Positions 1 through 11,152 of a stretch of DNA of 64,000 bases are shown piece by piece. The stretch is taken from NCBI GenBank assembly GCA_963821605.1, contig CAWGEZ010000060.1:9915-73914 (forward strand), given 5' to 3'. The notes under the pieces were generated by a model. It was not told the DNA's origin and did not search any database. It worked only from the letters and a program-made list of their open reading frames with translations. This stretch comes from an uncultured delta proteobacterium. Its GTDB lineage: Bacteria; Desulfobacterota; Syntrophorhabdia; Syntrophorhabdales; WCHB1-27. How positions within the stretch are numbered: position 1 is the first letter of the stretch; every line of letters begins with the position of its first letter. The position numbers and the translations under genes are program-made.

Positions 1-2
1 GA

Positions 3-755
3 AGAAAGATTGCGCTGGCCAATGTGAGAAGGATAGCTGAAGGTATCCCGGATGCACAGGCGAAGGACGTGGTGCGATCCTGCTTTGAAAAGCTGGGCAT
101 CAACTTTGTCGAGCTTCTCCTGATCCCGTATCTTCCCAGAGAAGATTTCCCAAAGCGATTCCACGTGGAAAACGTGCACCACGTGGAGGAAGCAGCGAGG
201 CTGAACAAGGGCATATTGGCTCTGGTGTTTCATTACGGCAACTGGGAGATCATGGGTATTGCATCATTTCTGATGCAGCAGGAGGTCATAGCCCTGGCCC
301 GACCCCTCAAGGGGCAAAGATTCCTGCAGGGTTTCATAAACCATTTGCGCGCTGCCACAGGCCTGACGGTTATTCCGAACCAGGATACGGCGCGGGACGC
401 CATGAAATACCTGAGAGAGAACAGGATCGTGGCCATCCTTGGCGACCAGAGAGAGAAGCGGTCAAAGGGTGTGTACGTGGAACTGTTCGGTGAGAAGGTC
501 CCTACGTCGAAGGGCATAGTGATGCTCGCCATGAGGACAGGTTCGCCGGTGATGCCCGTCTACTTGAGACGCGAGGGATTCTTAAGATATACGATCGTCT
601 TCGGTGAGCCGATCGAGATGGAGAGAAAAGGGAATATTGAGGAGCTGATCTACAAGAACACCAGAAAAATAAATGTGTTTCTGGAGAGACTGATAGCGGC
701 GCACCCGGATGAGTGGTTCTTGGTGCATCGCCGCTGGGGCCGCGACGCGTACTGA
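3..755 (+). CDS. LpxL/HtrB-family lipid A (Kdo2-lipid IVA) acyltransferase; 5' end lies outside the window
   Basis: The frame is open from base 3 (RKIALANVRRIA...), so the listed start at 24 is internal. The C-terminal motif HPDEWFLVHRRW and the overall pattern are typical of lauroyl/myristoyl acyltransferases. Confidence 0.75.
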   Translation, partial: RKIALANVRRIAEGIPDAQAKDVVRSCFEKLGINFVELLLIPYLPREDFPKRFHVENVHHVEEAARLNKGILALVFHYGNWEIMGIASFLMQQEVIALARPLKGQRFLQGFINHLRAATGLTVIPNQDTARDAMKYLRENRIVAILGDQREKRSKGVYVELFGEKVPTSKGIVMLAMRTGSPVMPVYLRREGFLRYTIVFGEPIEMERKGNIEELIYKNTRKINVFLERLIAAHPDEWFLVHRRWGRDAY

Positions 756-759
756 CGCA

Positions 760-889
760 TATGCCAGGCTGCCTTTTGCGCCTAACTTCGTTGCCCTTCG
801 GCCCGTCCTACTTCGACGTACCACCAGGTACGCCTGCGTAGTCCAGTCCTCGGCTCGCCTCGTTATCCATCAAAATTCAGCCTGGCATA
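760..889. mobile_element. MITE-like intergenic element, family A copy 1 (130 bp, perfect 12-bp terminal inverted repeats)
   Basis: TATGCCAGGCTG (760-771) pairs with CAGCCTGGCATA (878-889). The interior aligns with 19369..19483 in inverted orientation. Confidence 0.6.
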
Positions 890-991
890 AAGATCGGGTA
901 AGTGTTTTGGGCAGATGTCGCTCGTCTTCTTTCATGCTCAGATCTCAATAACCGGGTTTACCCCTGATTCTCCTTGCCTCCTTCTGAGACG

Positions 992-1960
992 TCATCCGCG
1001 GAAAATATTCTGATTGTGCCAAGTAATGAATTCTCTGGCGGGACGGAAATCGTTCCTGATGGGCACATGCACTGGTAGGCCATTCATGGCATAGTAGTCC
1101 CTGCCATTCTCAAACTCCTCACGAATCCTACGGCTGACCTCAAGGCGGTAATCAGGAGTGATCGTCACATACCCCGCATCCAAGAGCCGATGAATGTCTG
1201 ACCTGAGCAGGACACCGTTGCTGACTTTATGGGGTCCACTCTCGCTGAAGGGCTTTATGTGGCCAGCCTCCAACGCGGGCAGAGTTCTTTCTTGCGTTAC
1301 CGCGCACTTCCGCTGGTATGCGTCCGTGACAAGCACCCTAAAGCTGCCTTGCCCAAGGCGTGGAAGTACCAAAACTGGGCTTCCATATTGGGGTCCTATT
1401 TCTCGAATCTGGGTCAATTCAATCGGCTGGAATCTTGCTCGAAGTCGGGCACTGACTTCGGCCCAAAGATCTTTTCCGATGGAGCTCGACAGATCGTATC
1501 CTTTGCCCTGCACGATGTTCGACTTCCAGTCCATTGGTGCCTGAATCCAGTTATCCCGATCGAAGAAAAAGGGTTGTTCCAGCAATATGCATCCAATCTG
1601 ATAATCTTCGGCGGGCACGGGAGATTTGTGGCGGTGTTTCTCGATTTGAATCCGCATTTCTGTTAGTGACCTTGCGCCATTTTTTTCCCCGAAGGTAGCC
1701 CATGCTAGACTGCAAGGTAACAGTGTGCTGTGCGCGTAGAATCCACCACCGACAATGTAGTTGAAGGGGCTGTGGAGCTTAAAGAGGAAGGGCTCCCCTG
1801 GGTCGAGTGCCTGGAACAGATGGCCGCCGCCTGGCTGCCAGAAATTGACCTCATCGATGCTTGGGAGCTTTGACAAGAAGGTGAACCAATCGTTATCAGT
1901 GACGCCGATAAAAGCTCTCACCGGCCCCCCCCGGGATGTACCCTGCCTACAAGGAGCCAA
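992..1960 (-). CDS. HNH endonuclease with a ~200-aa uncharacterised N-terminal domain (predicted restriction-endonuclease type)
   Basis: 322-aa ORF. The C-terminal HNH-like core reads AGHIKPFSESGPHKVSNGVLLRSDIHRLLDAGYVTI. The N-terminal part (FWQPGG...FLFKLHSP.NYIVGGGFY) resembles the PUA/EVE-like readers fused to HNH in modification-dependent nucleases. That resemblance is recognition only. Confidence 0.6.
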   Translation of the reverse strand: MAPCRQGTSRGGPVRAFIGVTDNDWFTFLSKLPSIDEVNFWQPGGGHLFQALDPGEPFLFKLHSPFNYIVGGGFYAHSTLLPCSLAWATFGEKNGARSLTEMRIQIEKHRHKSPVPAEDYQIGCILLEQPFFFDRDNWIQAPMDWKSNIVQGKGYDLSSSIGKDLWAEVSARLRARFQPIELTQIREIGPQYGSPVLVLPRLGQGSFRVLVTDAYQRKCAVTQERTLPALEAGHIKPFSESGPHKVSNGVLLRSDIHRLLDAGYVTITPDYRLEVSRRIREEFENGRDYYAMNGLPVHVPIRNDFRPAREFITWHNQNIFRG

Positions 1961-2306
1961 TCATAAGAAGCTTGAAAACGTTGGTTGCTGCGTTAGCATA
2001 ACTTCTCGCTACTCTGCTCTCGGGTCGGGCGATTTTGTCGATTAGTTACGTAATTTATTATCGCCCATTCGGTCATCTTTCGCTGATCCATGTCGTGCCG
2101 ACAGGCGCTGCACTACTTAACGTACAAAATTATATACCCGTGAGTTGAGTTCGTCAAAGATTCAATTGTGCGGATACTACAGAAAAACAGGGGCCTGAGC
2201 GGTACAAGGCGGGGGCGAGATAGAAGAAATCTGGAATGTGCAGGCTAATTCGGGTAATATATGTTCAGGTGGTAGCCTGAAAAAGAAGCAGGAGTGAGAG
2301 AGGCGG

Positions 2307-3797
2307 ATGGCGAGGGGGCAGAAGGACCTGTTGTTTGGGGATGCTGATGTGAGCACGGCGAAGGCGCGTGGGGGCTACTACACGCCCGAGTCGGTTGTGG
2401 CAACCTTGATTGGTTGGGCTGTGCACGAGACATCTGACCGGCTGCTGACCCCTCCTGTGGAGATGGTCGGTTTATAGCCGCACATCGGAACAGCGTTGGG
2501 ATTGAGCAGGATGCTCAAGCGACTCGTGACGCTGTTGCGCGCGCGCCCTGGGCGCTGGTCCACGAGGGGGATTTTTTTTCCTGGGCGGATAACACAAGCG
2601 AGCGTTTCGAGTGTGCCGTTGGGAATCCGCCATTCATACGGTACCAGTCTTTCAAAGGCAGCGTACGCGACAAAGCCTTATCCTTCTGCGCCAAACATGG
2701 CGCTCTCTTTTCCGGCCTCACCTCCTCATGGGCACCTTTTCTGGTTGCCGCAGCCAGTCTGTTGAAACCATCAGGTCGTATGGCGTTTGTTGTTCCCGCG
2801 GAGATAGGTCATGCGCCGTATGCTGCTCCGTTGCTGGAATTCCTCGTCTCCAAATTCTCGCATCGTGCAGATCGTTGCCATGAGAGAGAAGATTTTCCCG
2901 GAACTGTCTGAAGATTGTTGGCTCCTGTATGCCACAGGATTCGGGCGGATCAACAAATGAAATTTCTTTTTCGCCGATCCGTTTTTTTAAGTTTATGTCG
3001 ACTCCGCCAAGACATGGAGTCGCAGTTCCGGTGGGCGAGTGGCGGACGTCGTGGAATCAGAAATTACGCCCGTTTCTGATGCCTGCAAATGCGCGTGACC
3101 TTTACCTTGCCGCTGTTAATTCCCGTCATGCGAAGCGCTTAGGTGATATCGCCTCCGTGGGTATAGGGTACGTAACAGGTGCCAATGAGTTTTTCCATTT
3201 AAGACCCTCGCATGCTCAAAAGCTGGTATACATGGCGATCTGCTTCTCCCTTCCGTGAGAAATGGCCGCATGCTTCCGTCAGGCCAATTGACCGCAGACT
3301 GCGTCAAAGGGTGGTACAGGTCGGATTTGCCGATGCTGCTTCTTAAATTGTCCAATTCCGTCGATATACCACTTCCGGTCAAAAAATATCTCGAAAGCCA
3401 GGAAGGTCGTGCGGCGCGCGAAACTTATAAATGCCGAAACCGATCGCCATGGTATGTCGTGCCTGATGTGGTAGTGCCCGACTATTTCCTGAGCTACATG
3501 TCTGGCGGCAAACCTAGCCTGGTTCTGAACGCCGCCGGTTGCTCCTGTACGAACTCCTTACACGCCGTCCGGTTGAAGGACCGTGGGGAAGGAAAAAAGC
3601 TGCAGCAGGCTTGGGGGGCGCCGATGGTTGAATTGAGCTGCGAGCTTGAAGGGCACCCTCTTGGCGGCGGCATGCTTAAGTTGGAGCCGCGTGAGGCGGC
3701 TCGAATTCTCATAACCGATACGTCTCGCTCTGCTACGGAAGCCGAGATATTAACCGGTGCTATCGAGACGATGAGGAATTGGAGGCATTGTGCTTAA
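2307..3797 (+). pseudogene. N6-adenine DNA methyltransferase (Eco57I-like gamma class), disrupted by at least 4 frameshifts
   Basis: ATG at 2307 gives MARGQKDLL...GGYYTPESVV. After a 1-nt shift near 2437 the reading continues DPSCGDGRF (SAM motif I), then VGNPPF (motif IV, about 2625). Further frame changes occur near 2866, 2945 and 3220. The last piece is the 3255..3797 ORF. Confidence 0.7.
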
Positions 3798-4706
3798 GCA
3801 AATCTGCCAATGGGAGAGCTTCCGCAGCGCCCTAACCAAATTTGTCACCACAAAGGGTGGGACGGAAAGTGCAGAGCACATCAAGCCGCTTCACTGGTAT
3901 GTTGCGTGTCGGTTGGTTCTTGAAGGGGGCTTTCACCCTGACGAGATAACTCCGCGACCTCCTTTCAAGGTCGCGACGCGGGGCAAGAGCAAGCTCCTCA
4001 CATACGACCCGTCAAGTGCCAAGGGTGGCGAAAGAACAGTTCTCGGCGGACTCAAAACGAAAAGCGTTGACGTTGTTGTCACGAAGAACGGCATGGGTCC
4101 GGTGATAGCAGTGTCGCTGAAGGGGGCCTTGGGTGCATTCCGAAATCTCACGAACCGCATGGAAGAAGCGGTAGGTGATTGCACGAACCTTCATATTACC
4201 TACCCGGCCTTGGTGTACGGTTTCATGGTCGTGCTTAGAGCTAACCGAAGAGTGACAACACCCGCCACTGCCGGTGAAGCCACACAAAAGGTCCGGGAGG
4301 TTCAACCCGCGCACGCTGACACAGCCGTAATAGAAGAAATGGGGAAAGAGCGGCCCGCTGAGATGATTTTCCGCTTTCATTCTGCGCTCAGCGAATTGAC
4401 TGGTCGGCGCGGAATCAGGAATGACGTGAGCAGGTACGAGACCGTGGCCCTTGCCCTGGTGGACCCGAGGAAGGCCTCATTGGGCCAGTTTTGGCCAGCT
4501 TTCCGCCGCCCGATAGTTCGCTCCGGCTTAACTCCTTCTTTAAGACTATCTATCAACGGTACGATGAGCGCTTCGTGTATGGAGCACCCGATCTGAAGGC
4601 AGTTACGTCTCGTGCCGAATGGTCAGAGAAGTCCCCGGTCTTTGAACCTGAGACCATGCGCCAGTGTGGTATTGCAGAACTCGATTTCGATCCAAGACTT
4701 GCCTGA
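3790..4706 (+). CDS. Putative type II restriction endonuclease partner of the methyltransferase (one frameshift near 4495)
   Basis: The start overlaps the methyltransferase stop by 8 nt. DVVVTKNGMGPVIAVSLKG is a possible PD-(D/E)xK-like core. The C-terminus continues in the 4491..4706 frame (FFKTIYQRYDERFVYGAPDLK...). The function is assigned from context, not from a recognised family. Confidence 0.4.
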
Positions 4707-4811
4707 TAGGCTCGGATGCTTCCCAAGCCTTCTAGCCGGTACCTACGCACATGATGGAACCGTTTACGAGTGATCTGTCAGATGCTTTCAGCTTGAAGCG
4801 GACGCCCCAGT

Positions 4812-5231
4812 TCATGACCTCTTCGCCGTGCACGTGCTGTATGGTAACTTCGCATTCCCAGACCGCACACCCGTATCAGGCAACTTCGGCGGCTTGGCCG
4901 AGGTCTGAATCCAGCTCTTGCCTTTTGGTTCATTGATCTGTGCCAACATGCCGCTTGTGTAATCGCCGATATCCTTGTCGGTGAATTCGGTGCCTACATT
5001 ATTACAGAACTGACCAGCGGAGAGGTTTACATCCTGCATCCGGAAGACTGCGCGGATCATCTCCTTGCCCGTGGGGGGCACTTTGGGATCGACCGGCTTT
5101 GGAGCCACAACTGCGGGTTCTTTTGCCGTATCCTTGAGCGGAGGCTCAGGCGCGCGGCCACAGGATATGCTGAACAGGAACAGGGGAACTCCTTTATGCG
5201 GCCACCGTGGCAGGCAAAGAGGCCGTTTCAC
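4812..5231 (-). CDS. Hypothetical lipoprotein
   Basis: 139-aa ORF with a lipobox-like LFLFSISCG near the N-terminus. No family recognised. Confidence 0.35.
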   Translation of the reverse strand: MKRPLCLPRWPHKGVPLFLFSISCGRAPEPPLKDTAKEPAVVAPKPVDPKVPPTGKEMIRAVFRMQDVNLSAGQFCNNVGTEFTDKDIGDYTSGMLAQINEPKGKSWIQTSAKPPKLPDTGVRSGNAKLPYSTCTAKRS

Positions 5232-5435
5232 ATCAGCTAGACCTGCCTAATCGGGCCATTCACTGGTGGGGCGCATCTGTAAAAAAGTCAGAACGAAGTG
5301 GGGCTGTTTCGCTTCCGTTACGCGGCCGCTCGGCTTCGACTCACTGGGCACTCAAAAATGAAAGCGGTTGACACCTCACCGTTTGGGTGATACATAGTTC
5401 TATGGGCTGGAACGCATGAAAAAGTGCGGGGACGC

Positions 5436-5884
5436 ATGCTCGTGAATCGCTTATTCTTCTGCCTTGCCATTTCAACTGTAGTCTTTGGAAGTCTTTTTGC
5501 CTGCCGCGACAAAGGTCCCAACACCGTGGTTGTCTATCTCCAGGGTGCCGAGCGACAATCGGAAGATTTAGACCAAGCGCCGTGAGATCGAGAAGGCGCT
5601 CAATGACATGCTTACGCTCAGCCCGGATGAACTCCGTACTCGGCGGTACGCCAACTATCAGATGGAACCTGGCGCTGGACAGTCATCCGACGTTCTTCAC
5701 AGATACTTCTGTGCCGCCGAAACCCGTGGGCCTTGATGAAAACGGATTTTACCGGGACGTGGTGAAACCCGCAGCACAGGCGGTGATTCAGAGAGCAGCT
5801 GCAAAGAAGTCGAGAAGGCGATTGAATTGGAGCAAGAGCACGATGCAGCCGGGCACCGAAGATGAGGAGGAGGCAAAGCAATAA
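5436..5884 (+). CDS. Hypothetical lipoprotein (needs frameshifts to read through)
   Basis: ATG at 5436 gives MLVNRLFFCLAISTVVFGSLFAC (signal peptide plus lipobox). The reading has to change frame near 5580 to join the 5582..5884 ORF. This is a weak call. Confidence 0.25.
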
Positions 5885-6449
5885 TGGGCAAAATGTGTGT
5901 TTCATCCTGGGCGTGACGTCACGGTCTTCTGTCGCGGGTAAGGGCTACTGTGCCCAGTGCGAGACAGGTCAAAAAGGCGGCGAGGGCGCCCATAGATGAT
6001 GGTGTGAAGCCAAAAGATTGCTTCGTCGTCTACCGCGGCGGGGACAATGGGAGCCTATACTCGGTACAGGGTGCGCCCATTTTGTTGCCCACGAAAAGAA
6101 CTTACGGGCCCTCGGCGGTGTTGAGGGTTGTCTCGAAGGCTTTTTGGTACGAGTTGTTGACTATCTCCCGGGGTTAGAACGAGATTAAGGAGTTGGGCGA
6201 CGTGAACCGGGTGACATTTACGTTACAGCCAACCGAAAGCATTGCGGTATCGTCCGGATTAACATTCCCGGTCCAGGCAGAGGCAGAAGAAGGATTATGA
6301 TCGAGCACGCATCGAGCGCGCACCGCACGGTGCGATAGGCGATTTCACCGTCTATTTCCGGCGGTCGGGGCAGTTTCTTTAGATGAGTGATTTTTTGGTT
6401 TAAGTGAGGTCTTGACCCTGGAGAATAAGGTTACGGAAGGAGAACTGAC

Positions 6450-7110
6450 ATGAATAATACGGGGCATCTCGTGTGGGTCGTTTTCGGGGCGTTGGTGGGG
6501 TTTGGCGCTTCTTTTATCTTTGCGGATCTGCTTGCCTTGCCTCTGGACCTGTATTACCTGATCTATTTTGCGACCGTCATTGCTTTTTTCACGGTGTATG
6601 TTAAGAAGACTGCACTTGAATCTGAAAGCATGGTTTTCCAGACGAGCAGTTTGGGGAATTCTGCTTGGACTGGTTTTTGGAGCTTTGCTGGTACAGAACG
6701 TCCTGTCGAGGCCGGCGACGGAACAATTCACAGGAGCCTACCTGGCCTGGCTGATAGTCTGGAGAGGGTTGGTTTATGGGGCGATTGATGGTTTGCTCCT
6801 TACGGTCTTTCCGTGGGTTGTCACATGGCGAGCCTTTAATGCTGAAGAGAAACCATTCGCAAAGAAACTGGCAGTCGGTTTTTTTGCGTGGCTTCTCATC
6901 CTCGTGATGACCACCGCATATCATGCAGGCTATGCGGATTTCCGGTCAGGAAAGATGATCCAGCCCAATATAGGAAATACCATAATATCTATCCCAACCC
7001 TGGTATCAGCGAATCCCATAGGCTCTCCATTGACTCATGCGATAATGCACATAGCGGCCGTGATCCACTCTCCCAAGACTGAGCTCTTCTTGCCCCCTCA
7101 CCGGGAGTAA
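6450..7110 (+). CDS. Hypothetical multi-pass membrane protein (frameshift near 6620)
   Basis: The two overlapping ORFs 6450..6788 and 6568..7110 are each hydrophobic only in part. Joined, they give about six predicted TM segments. No family recognised. Confidence 0.45.
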
Positions 7111-7218
7111 ATAGCATACAGGGACAACCCGTCCTTATTTTCTTGACATCGTTCATGAACCGCATTAAGTTGCGATACGAGTAAAATAAGAGAGCTATTC
7201 AGAGTTCGAGGAGGAAAC

Positions 7219-7943
7219 GTGAGTGACCGGAAATCATATAGCCCGATAAAAATCGTGTCTGTGGTACTGATCTTGTTCCTGCTGGGTGGGGCAGCCGTTT
7301 TTACGCCCGCTCGTGCAGTCGCTGACGATGCGATGGACGCCCAGCACCTGGCCGAGCGAGCGACGCTTACCCTCGAGACGTTCTCAAGTGCTCCGAGATG
7401 GAGGCGTTTAGAAACCTCATCAAGGATGCCAGAGGTGTTTTTGTCGCGCCCCAGATTTTGAAAGGGGCTTTTATCATAGGCGCATCGGGTGGAAGCGGGG
7501 TATTCGTTGCGCGCGACACGTTGACCGGGCAGTGGGCGGGACCTGCTTTCTACACCATAGGAGGGTTGAGCTTTGGCCTCCAGATAGGTGGTGATGCGTC
7601 CGAAGTGGTCCTCCTCGCCATGACCAGCCGGGGAGTAAATGTGCTTCTCGAAAGCAATGTCAAACTTGGTGCTGACGCCGGTGTGGCTGTTGGGCCCGTC
7701 GGCATGGGGGCGGCGGCATCGACCGCAAATCTGAGCGTCGATATCGTCAGCTTTGCCCGATCAAAGGGGTTGTACGCCGGTATATCCGTCGACGGGGCGA
7801 TCGTGAAGACCCGCAGTGACTGGAACAATGCTTACTATGGCAGCATAATTACGCCGGCAGACATACTTATTAAGAGAACAGTGCAGAATCCTCGTTCGGC
7901 AGGCCTCCTCGAAAGGGTGTCGAAACTGGCTGAAAGTAAATAG
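7219..7943 (+). CDS. SYLF (Ysc84/DUF500) lipid-binding domain protein with signal peptide (frameshift near 7390)
   Basis: RBS GAGGAGG is followed by GTG at 7219 and a signal sequence. The 7398..7943 frame carries the typical SYLF pattern (GAFIIGASGGSGVFVARD...WAGPAFYTIGGLSFGLQIGG...GADAGVAVGPVG...SFARSKGLYAGISVDGA). Confidence 0.75.
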
Positions 7944-7968
7944 CTGATGCACGATATCGCAAAGGACC

Positions 7969-9236
7969 TCAGTCGTTAGCGCTACGCTGTTTGGTTCGTT
8001 TTTTTTCATACATCAACGCATCCGCCCGGGCGATGAGTTCATCAAGAGAAGAGGGGCTGTCAGGGTCATAGCGTGCGACACCTGTGCTCAGAGAAAGCGT
8101 GTACTTTCGCGGTTTGAGCTGATTAACGGCCTCAAGGGCGTCCTGGAGACGATTGATGAGCACGTTTTCTGTTTCATGCGTGGCATCTATTGCGAGGACC
8201 GCAAACTCGTCTCCCCCTAGGCGGCCGATGATGTCTGATTTCCTGAACGTTTCTTTCAGGACAGATGCAACCTCAATGAGCGCGTTATCGCCTTCCTGGT
8301 GACCCAATGCGTCATTGATCTGCTTCATGTTATCCAGATCGGCAAAGAAGAGGAGGGCCTCCTGCTTTGTCCTCTCCGCTATCTTTAACTGTTGCTCGGA
8401 GAGGGCGAAAAAGCCGCGCCTGTTATAGAGGCCTGTGAGGTCGTCAACGAGTGACATATTCTGGAGCCTCTCCTCAAGCCGTTTCCTTTCGGTGACGTCG
8501 CGGATATTGCACTGGATGACCTTCTTGCTTTCCACATCGTGGATGTTGAGAACACATTCTACGGCGATCTCCCGTTCCAAATTTTGTCTCAAGCGGTAGA
8601 TCCTTGTAGCGGAAAGACCCTTTGTCGTGCAATTCCCGAAACGCTGCTTTGCCTGCCTCCGCGTCTTCGAAGAGACCGATCTCCCAGAGTTTCTTTCCCA
8701 AAAGTTCTTCGCGGGTATAGCCCAGCATCTCTATCAGGAATGGGTTCACATCGTCTATCTGCCCGGTGTCGCCGTCGAGGATCAGGATGCCGTCCTGGGC
8801 TGTTTCAAAGAGTCTCCGGTAACGAAGCTCAGAAGCCTGAAGTGCTTCCTCTGCCCGTTTGATGCGCTCCATGGCCTGGACACGCGCAAGAAGTTCCTTA
8901 TTGGAAATCGGCTTGACGATGTAACCATCCGCCCCTACATTCAGCGCGTCCGCCTGGTAGTCGGATGAGACCTGGACTCCGGATATGAGAATTACGAGCG
9001 TACCACGCAACTGTTGATCGCCCTTGATCTGCTTGCATACCTGAACTCCGGTCATATCGGGAAGAACCACATCCAGCAAAACCAGGTCAGGATGGTGCTT
9101 TCGCACGGCTTCAAGGCATTCCTTCCCGGTTGAAGCCACCAGGACCTCGTAGCCCGCCCTTCTCAGAATCTCGCTTGTGAGCGAGAGCAGGTCGCGGATC
9201 ATCGTCAACCACGAGTATCTTGGTGCTTTTTTTCAT
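7969..9236 (-). CDS. Response regulator with REC-PAS-GGDEF domains (diguanylate cyclase); two frameshifts
   Basis: MKKSTKILVVDDD starts at 9236 and then shifts into the 8474..9208 frame (REC then PAS). The 7969..8592 frame carries DDLTGLYNRRGF and RLGGDEFAVL. Confidence 0.8.
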
Positions 9237-9505
9237 AGTAGGCTTCTCTATCCACTCAATATAGTGAGGAAAGCGGGCAGCGTCAACTTCTTGCCAGGAC
9301 GTCCCGCGGGATGAAGAGGTGTGTGGGCTATGGATCTGTTGAATTCCATATAGGTGCTCTTGAGAATATCTGCAGTCCTTAAAGTATGAGGGAGAGCCCC
9401 AAAGTGGCCGGCGCATGGGCACCACCCTGGAGCTCTCCCCCCGATATCAACTCAACAAGAATCCGTAACTATGCCTTTCCCGCTCCCTGGCACGAATCCC
9501 TGACC

Positions 9506-10700
9506 CTAAGGCGTCGGGTTCGGATACACGTGCTTATGGGTTGCAAACTTCGTCGGGGCGATGATGTAATACTTCCCGTCGATATACTGCGCAGCGATCT
9601 GCTTGAAGAAGGAGTGCCCTTTTTTCTGTTCAAAAGACATGGGTCCCATGATCGACTCGAAGTTGACCGCCCAGAGGGATTTCATCAGGTCATCCGGTTT
9701 GAGGGAGGCTGACTTCTCTATGCCCACTTCCGCCACTTCCAGGGCCCCGTAATGGAGGGAGACATCGAGATATTCCTCGGGGTCGATCTTTGCCTCTTTC
9801 AGGATCTCCTGAAACTTCTTCAGATTACCGTAAGGCATCCCCGGCAGCCACTGGTGCTCACCGGTCACGTAATTCGCATCTTTCCCAAGCGCACCGGAAA
9901 ACGATTTGTCAAAATGGGTGAAGTGCCATTCCTTCGGCTTTAACCCGAACTCCTTGGCCTGTTTCTTGAACGTCACCGCAAAGGGGGTGAAGGCCGATAC
10001 GTAGATAACATCCGGGTCTGCAGCCTTCAGCTTCACGAGGATGGAGGTGAAGTCGGTCGTGCCTGCAGGGGCAACCTCTTTGAATACGGTCTTGAAGCCC
10101 CGTTTTTCAGCATTAGGGATGGCCCCCTCGTACACCTCGCGTGTGTGAGGCGTATCTTCCGCCACGTAGCCGATGGTCTTGGCCTGCTTCTCCTGCTCGA
10201 GCATTTCGAAGTAGGCATCTGACCATGCTGTGGACAGGTTGTTCACACCCACGAACCACTTGAATCCGCGCTCGAAGATTTGCGGCGTGTTGGCGGTCGC
10301 CAGTATCATGGGAACGTGATATTTTTCAGGGACGGCTGTCACCGGGAAGGTGATCGGGCTCGATTTGGGGCCGATCAGAAGGTCACATTTGTCGACGGTC
10401 ACCAGACGCTCATAGAATTTGACGGCTGTTGCCTGGTCGCTCTTGTCGTCGTAGATGATCGTCCTGACCGGGAGCTTCTTATTGTAGGCCTTGACGAAAA
10501 GTCCGCCCTGTTTCTTATTCACATAGTTTTCCCAGGCCTTCACCATCTTGTCGAACGGACCGACATCGACCGCATACCTTCCCGTAAGGCAGAGCGTCAT
10601 GCCTATCACGATCTCCTTCTTCTCCTGGGCTGCAGAAGGAAGGATCGTCCCGAAAAAAAGTACCAACCGCCAGAACCAGAACCAAGAATCCCTTTCTCAT
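9506..10700 (-). CDS. LivK-type (branched-chain amino acid family) ABC transporter substrate-binding protein, orphan
   Basis: 386-aa ORF with the typical periplasmic binding-protein pattern. The signal peptide MRKGFLVLVLAVGTFF lies in a different frame (ATG 10700), implying a frameshift near 10650. No adjacent permease or ATPase genes. Confidence 0.75.
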
Positions 10701-11152
10701 AACTCAAGTACCTCCTGTTCTCCATGACGGAGTTGTATAATACGGTGACCATCCGTTGTCCACCGCCGAACCGCCGTTGAAAATGATTGGAGATCCAACA
10801 CGATTCTTCGTAATGATAATACCATATATGTGTGGATCGAGTACGACACGGACATTGGTGAATTGCGTATTGCCATCGTCAGTTATTCCGATTGTATCGC
10901 CATGGTGCATTTTGTCAAGGAGTATTTTGCCCATGAACCGGGGAGATTCCTTAAATAGCTAATAAATTTCAATGTGTTATGATACTGTAGTAAATTTCTG
11001 CAATAAAAATGCCGCGCATATTTTGAACAAAATCTATGCTTCTTTTGGACATCTTCACACTTGCAATGTGATAGAATCGTACACAGTAGAACCTAATAGG
11101 TACTGCTTGTTTATCGGATCCGGTAGCGCGTGGGAAAACAGGTGACTGATCC

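Noticed and set aside
5950-6177. 75-aa plus-strand ORF and neighbouring short ORFs (5618..5905, 6345..6731)
   Set aside because: There are no motifs, start contexts are poor and the frames overlap each other. The region 5885-6449 is left unannotated.
10704-10934. 76-aa ORF immediately upstream of the LivK-type binding protein
   Set aside because: No recognisable family was found. Its end contains the RBS of the downstream gene. It could be a real small protein, but nothing in the sequence supports calling it.
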